A stretch of DNA of 55,804 nt, the filler included, from Barthelona sp. PAP020 (Eukaryota), in the NCBI GenBank assembly GCA_040182905.1. It is 2 parts of 2 records of this genome, joined end to end, with 100 filler letters (N's around TTAATTAATTAA, not from the genome) between each part and the next. Parts side by side here need not be neighbours in the genome. Positions count along the whole stretch, not along the records: positions 27,970 to 55,804 come from JARQWU010000128.1; 1 more part is not named here. The stretch is one strand, 5' to 3'. Below, in pieces: positions 51,788 to 55,804 of this stretch; positions within the stretch are counted from its first letter, which is position 1, and every line of letters starts with the position of its first letter. Below the pieces are notes generated by a model, which was given only the letters and a program-made list of their open reading frames with translations, was not told the origin of the DNA and did not search any database. The translations under genes were made by a program, and so were the position numbers.

Positions 51788-52956
51788 TCAAAACTTGGTA
51801 ATTGGACTGGACATTGGAGGTAAATCAGATTTTTTTGTGGTTGAAACCTCTTCTTCTTCAACTAAAACATAATCTTCTTGGTAATAAACATCAGCCAACT
51901 GACGATATATATCTGATGGAGTATGAGAAGAAACATTTGATAAAAATAAAGAAATTTGAGATGGGGGAATGTAATCATACAAAGGCATAATTATTTCAAT
52001 GTTCTCATGAAATAAAGGTTGCTCAAGTGACAAAACATTACTGGGATGAAGCAACACATTAACATCTGATTGTCCTGTAATGAATAATGGAGTAATTTTT
52101 ATTGCTGCAGACAAACAAATCACAGGAATAGAATGATCTTTGGCAGATTGTGATACAAGACTAAAACCAGCATCAGCAATAAGACCTCCATCACCTAAAA
52201 TACCATAACATCCAATAAAAACTTTATTAACTAATGGAACGACGCTGCATATGGCACTATCAGGTACCAAAATTATCTTAACATTCGCAAAGCTTCCTAA
52301 TCTTTCCGAATATAAATGACAACGATTTCTTGGTGATTGTTCAATTGCAATCAAGGTAAAATCAAGTTTATTATCAGCAGCAACACGTAAGAACTCGAAG
52401 ACTGTTTCTGAAAATCCATAAGTGAGGATCGTTTCACCATGGTGAATATATGACAAGGCATGATTGGCTATTCTCTTACGATTAGTAGTGATTTCATTCT
52501 TTAATTCTAAAATATTTGCCTTTACCATTGTTTTTATTGAATCTACATTCCTAGACCCAACATTAACACGTTTTGTTGAATAATCTCTCAGATTTTTTTG
52601 AGTATTTGACACAATATCATCATCTGATGCCATAGCTTCTCGAACAAAATATAATATTCTTCGTATAATATTGCCAGAAATAATTTCAACTGGTTGAGCT
52701 TTAACAATACGAACACCAACGTTTTTAATAACCTCAATCATATCATTAACTGATTTAAATGGTCTGGAATTTAGACAAGCTAAAAGACATGAACAAACCT
52801 AATCATTAGATTAATAAATACAATTTCACATGATACATTTAATCCAACAGCAACAGAACCACGAATTTGACGTTGTTCCAAAAGATATAATAACCTGTTC
52901 AGGGTATTTTCAAATTCAGTCATCTTTCCACTTGAAGATGACAAAGAAATCGACAT
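51788..52956 (-). CDS. EIF2B2: Translation initiation factor eIF2B beta subunit; join(52956-52837, 52798-51788), 376 aa
   Basis: Spliced product reads RQIRGSVAVGLN|VCSCLL..KAQPVEIISGNIIRRIL; IHHGETILTYGFSETV, VNKVFIG, DYIPPSQISLFLSN. Confidence 0.9.
52799..52836 (-). other. 38-nt spliceosomal intron GTATCATGTGAAATTGTATTTATTAATCTAATGATTAG
   Basis: GT..AG; removal fuses two ORFs in frame into a continuous eIF2B-beta; branch-like CTAAT lies 6 nt before the intron end. Confidence 0.9.
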
Positions 52957-53072
52957 CAAAAAGAAAAAAAAATTTTTATCATGTTGTCGTCCTTCAGTTA
53001 TAATTTTCTTCAACGATATTTTTCTAATGCAAACAAAATAATTGAAGAAAAAAGACTATTAAAATTTATTTA

Positions 53073-54026
53073 TTATAATTCAATAACAGGTTCTTTTTTT
53101 GAACAAATTTCTTCATAAATCCCATTATCAATTCTTCGAATAAAAGTTAAATACCCAGAATGACCTCTTTGAGTTGACAATGGTCTGGCAAACACATCTT
53201 CAATTTTCAACTTTTCAGGTCCAAGCATCTTTTTCATTGTGGAAACACTTGATTGGTTTTGACATTTAAAAGCTTCGGTCAACCTATCATCCACTTTAAC
53301 CAAAGTGCTTAATATTTTGGGTCTAACTTCAATTGCAGTAGCCTTTATTTGAATGGTTTCCGGAAGGGCCCAGTGTTCAGAATCAGCCAATTTTTCATAG
53401 GTCATGTGAACTTGTTCAATGCACGGAGAAAAACAGCAAAGAATGCCTCCAATTCGAAGGACATCCAAAACATGATCAATAGCATCCCAAGGTGAAGGCA
53501 AATCAAGAAATACAGCATCTACTTTATTATTTTCAAAAATATCCAAATGAAAACCCTGTTCCAATACATTTCTGTGTGTAATCGTAATGTTTTGGTGTCC
53601 AAGTTTCTGAAAATCGTTTTGAGCTTCTATATATCTGTGTTCATTAAACTCAAAAGTAAATACATGACCATCCTTTCCAACAGCACGAGATAAGGCGTAT
53701 GTCAAAACGCCACTACCAGTTCCTGATTCAATAACTCTTGAACCATTTCTAAGTTCTAAAGAACTACATATATATGATATGTCAGGAGGATATAAGATTT
53801 GAGTTCGATGTTCAACAGCTTCAGTCCACAATTCAGGAGTTGGTTTAAATATTCTAACTTTCAACCCTTTTTCGGATGTAAACTCACATCCATTTGGCTT
53901 GCCAATAATATCAGTATGAGCAATATGAAATACATGAGTTCGATAATACTCATCAGATTTCAACACACAGTGACGAAACTTATCAACACCTTCAATAAAT
54001 ATCACCACATCACCTTCTTTTAACAT
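53073..54026 (-). CDS. TRM61: tRNA (adenine-58-N1)-methyltransferase catalytic subunit
   Basis: PTPELWT..HRTQILYPPDIS, VIESGTGSG, TFEFNEHR, DAVFLDLPSPW, FSPCIEQV, GHSGYLTF. Confidence 0.95.
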   Translation of the reverse strand: MLKEGDVVIFIEGVDKFRHCVLKSDEYYRTHVFHIAHTDIIGKPNGCEFTSEKGLKVRIFKPTPELWTEAVEHRTQILYPPDISYICSSLELRNGSRVIESGTGSGVLTYALSRAVGKDGHVFTFEFNEHRYIEAQNDFQKLGHQNITITHRNVLEQGFHLDIFENNKVDAVFLDLPSPWDAIDHVLDVLRIGGILCCFSPCIEQVHMTYEKLADSEHWALPETIQIKATAIEVRPKILSTLVKVDDRLTEAFKCQNQSSVSTMKKMLGPEKLKIEDVFARPLSTQRGHSGYLTFIRRIDNGIYEEICSKKEPVIEL

Positions 54027-54191
54027 TTGGATGTTGATTTCAAAAAAGAAAAAAAAAATGAAAATGAATAATGTCGGGCATTATAATTATTATCCTCCAA
54101 ATTATTGCAAAGAAGTGGCTTTATAAAGAAATTTAATTTGACTTAATCAAGAATGACCAATTTTTATTAGAGGTTTTTCTTTTTTATATGG

Positions 54192-55238
54192 ATGTCCAAA
54201 TTTCAATTAAAATTGATTCCGCAACCAAATGACACAAATTTTAATCAAAAAATAATTGAATTTACTGAAGGAAAATTAATTATTGGAAGGAATTCAAAAG
54301 TTTGTGATATTACCATCAATGACACTATAATTAGTTCTCAACATTGTATTATTGAATCTAAAAATAATGAATATGTTTTAATCGATAAATCTAGCAATGG
54401 TACTTACTGTAATTCAACTTTAATTGGAAAAGGAAATGAAATTATCCTTAAAAATGGTGATGAAATTATTTTAGGCCCAAAACATTTCAAAAATCCAAAA
54501 CAATTAACTCACACAATTATGAATATTCATTGCTACAAAGTGTTTATTGGAATTTCACCAAGATCAGATGAAATTAATGAAGAACTTACCAATTACTCGC
54601 TTGATACAAATGTAAAGGAAATTGAAGAAATGACTGATTTAATAAATGATCAAAAGAAACTGTTATTAGATTTGAAAAATAAGCATGAATCTCAAGAAAA
54701 AATGGAAAGAAATATTGCCCTTTTAATTAGAAAGGTGATGGATGAAAAAGAAAAGGCTTCTAAAACAGCAAAAGAATTTCTACCTGAATTTTTTTGTGCT
54801 ATTTGTCGTGATATACCTTTACCTTGTGTTTCAACACCTTGTGGGCATTTATTTTGTGAAGATTGTTTAACTGAAAGTTTGAAAATATTAAAGTGTTGTC
54901 CTGTTTGTCGTGAAGAAATTTTGCAAATGCCAAATAATTCAAATGCGTATGATCGTATTATTGATAAAATGTTGATACCTCAATTATCAAAAAAACAATA
55001 CAATTCTTGGAAGAGTAGAGTTCTTGCTTATAATATTCAAAGAAGGAACAATAATCTTGATGAAAGAATTGTTTTACCAATAAGAAGTCCACCAAATAAA
55101 CTAAGTTTTAATTCATTGTCAAATATTTCAAAAGAAAATGTTGATGAAAATAATTGTAGATTAAGAACTTTTGAATACTCTCACATATCAAAAGAACTGT
55201 TAGATAATGATAAAAAGATTCCAAATTGCTATTTGTAA
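54192..55238 (+). CDS. FHA - coiled coil - C3HC4 RING E3 ligase (CHFR/RNF8-like)
   Basis: FHA: IGRN..CD..ISSQHC..DKSSNGTY..LKNGDEI. RING: CAIC..PCGHLFCEDC..CPVCR. Confidence 0.88.
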   Translation: MSKFQLKLIPQPNDTNFNQKIIEFTEGKLIIGRNSKVCDITINDTIISSQHCIIESKNNEYVLIDKSSNGTYCNSTLIGKGNEIILKNGDEIILGPKHFKNPKQLTHTIMNIHCYKVFIGISPRSDEINEELTNYSLDTNVKEIEEMTDLINDQKKLLLDLKNKHESQEKMERNIALLIRKVMDEKEKASKTAKEFLPEFFCAICRDIPLPCVSTPCGHLFCEDCLTESLKILKCCPVCREEILQMPNNSNAYDRIIDKMLIPQLSKKQYNSWKSRVLAYNIQRRNNNLDERIVLPIRSPPNKLSFNSLSNISKENVDENNCRLRTFEYSHISKELLDNDKKIPNCYL

Positions 55239-55526
55239 ATTTTTTCTGTTCGTTTTCTTTCTTTTTCACAAACAATTTGAATGTTTTAGATAAATGTAAA
55301 ACTGTTCAAAGCTTTCTTCATTGACTTCAGATTTATTATTTATTTCAAATGATTCTCAATTCAAAGTTGAGAAATGTGGCGATAACAAAGTAATAGTAGT
55401 TGATTGAAAAATAAAGATTAAAACCAAATCATAAACAATCGTTACTAAATCCTTTCTCTGGTCAAATTATTGAAAAAACAAAAACAAAAAAATGTTCTCT
55501 ATTTATAAGTGCTTTTTATTTCTCCC

Positions 55527-55804
55527 TCAGTTTTCATCAATTTCAGTATTTTCTTCATTGTCAATTTCTGAAGACAATTTGTCAATATTTTCTTCAGTTT
55601 GTTCTTGACCATCCAAAGTTTCTGGTAATAAAACATTATTGTTAGTCTTTTTCCAAATGTTCACACACTTTTCAATTAATTCTGGTGCATAATTACTTGC
55701 ATAAAAAGTAGCTTCTGCATATCTTTGTCCAGTCAACAACAATTCGACAACTTTTGGATGCTCATTCAATAAATGAAGGGCTGAAAATAATATTTGAATT
55801 TCTC
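55527..55804 (-). CDS. SEC27: Coatomer beta' subunit, 3' end (continues beyond the window)
   Basis: ILFSALHLL..VVELLLTGQRYAEATFYASNYAPELIEKCVNIWKK matches the beta'-COP C-terminal pattern (LL..GRLPEAAFLARTYLPS..V.LW); acidic tail. Confidence 0.75.
   Translation of the reverse strand, partial: EIQILFSALHLLNEHPKVVELLLTGQRYAEATFYASNYAPELIEKCVNIWKKTNNNVLLPETLDGQEQTEENIDKLSSEIDNEENTEIDEN

Noticed and set aside
2252..54023. Many short antisense or alternative-frame ORFs in the track (e.g. 7685-8182, 11928-12353, 51209-51418)
   Set aside because: They are shadows of longer, recognisable CDSs and show no independent protein motifs.
1..55804. CRISPR arrays, tRNA/rRNA genes, transposases
   Set aside because: No repeat-spacer array, tRNA cloverleaf, rRNA-like stretch or transposase/RT motif was recognised by eye.

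Overview
AT-rich, gene-dense, almost intron-free eukaryotic genomic DNA read in the standard code (TAA, TAG and TGA all act as stops). The compaction and the one 38-nt intron suggest a protist, possibly metamonad-like; this is an inference. About 24 genes or gene fragments: Rad21/Rec8 kleisin, a 3994-aa intronless DNA-PKcs-like PIKK, prenyltransferase alpha subunit, ATG14/UVRAG-like protein, choline transporter-like protein, CCT-domain protein, cyclin H, WCPPC thioredoxin, GluRS, ERGIC-53-like lectin, eIF2B-beta (one intron), TRM61, an FHA-RING ligase and the 3' end of COPI beta'. A bacterial-type DUF1015 gene and two large multipass membrane proteins are also present. An artificial 100-nt scaffold gap lies at 27870-27969. 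Most interesting: (1) two kinase-coiled-coil-WD40 paralogues whose differences cluster on the propeller binding face, next to a highly regular ankyrin protein (candidate variable-receptor or immune-like locus); (2) a ~300-nt intergenic structured-RNA candidate with a possible pseudoknot; (3) a DEK1/TML-type membrane calpain lacking all three catalytic residues, plus a probable calpain-less relative; (4) a secreted precursor carrying an antimicrobial-peptide-like cationic helix. All family calls come from motif recognition by eye; no searches were run.
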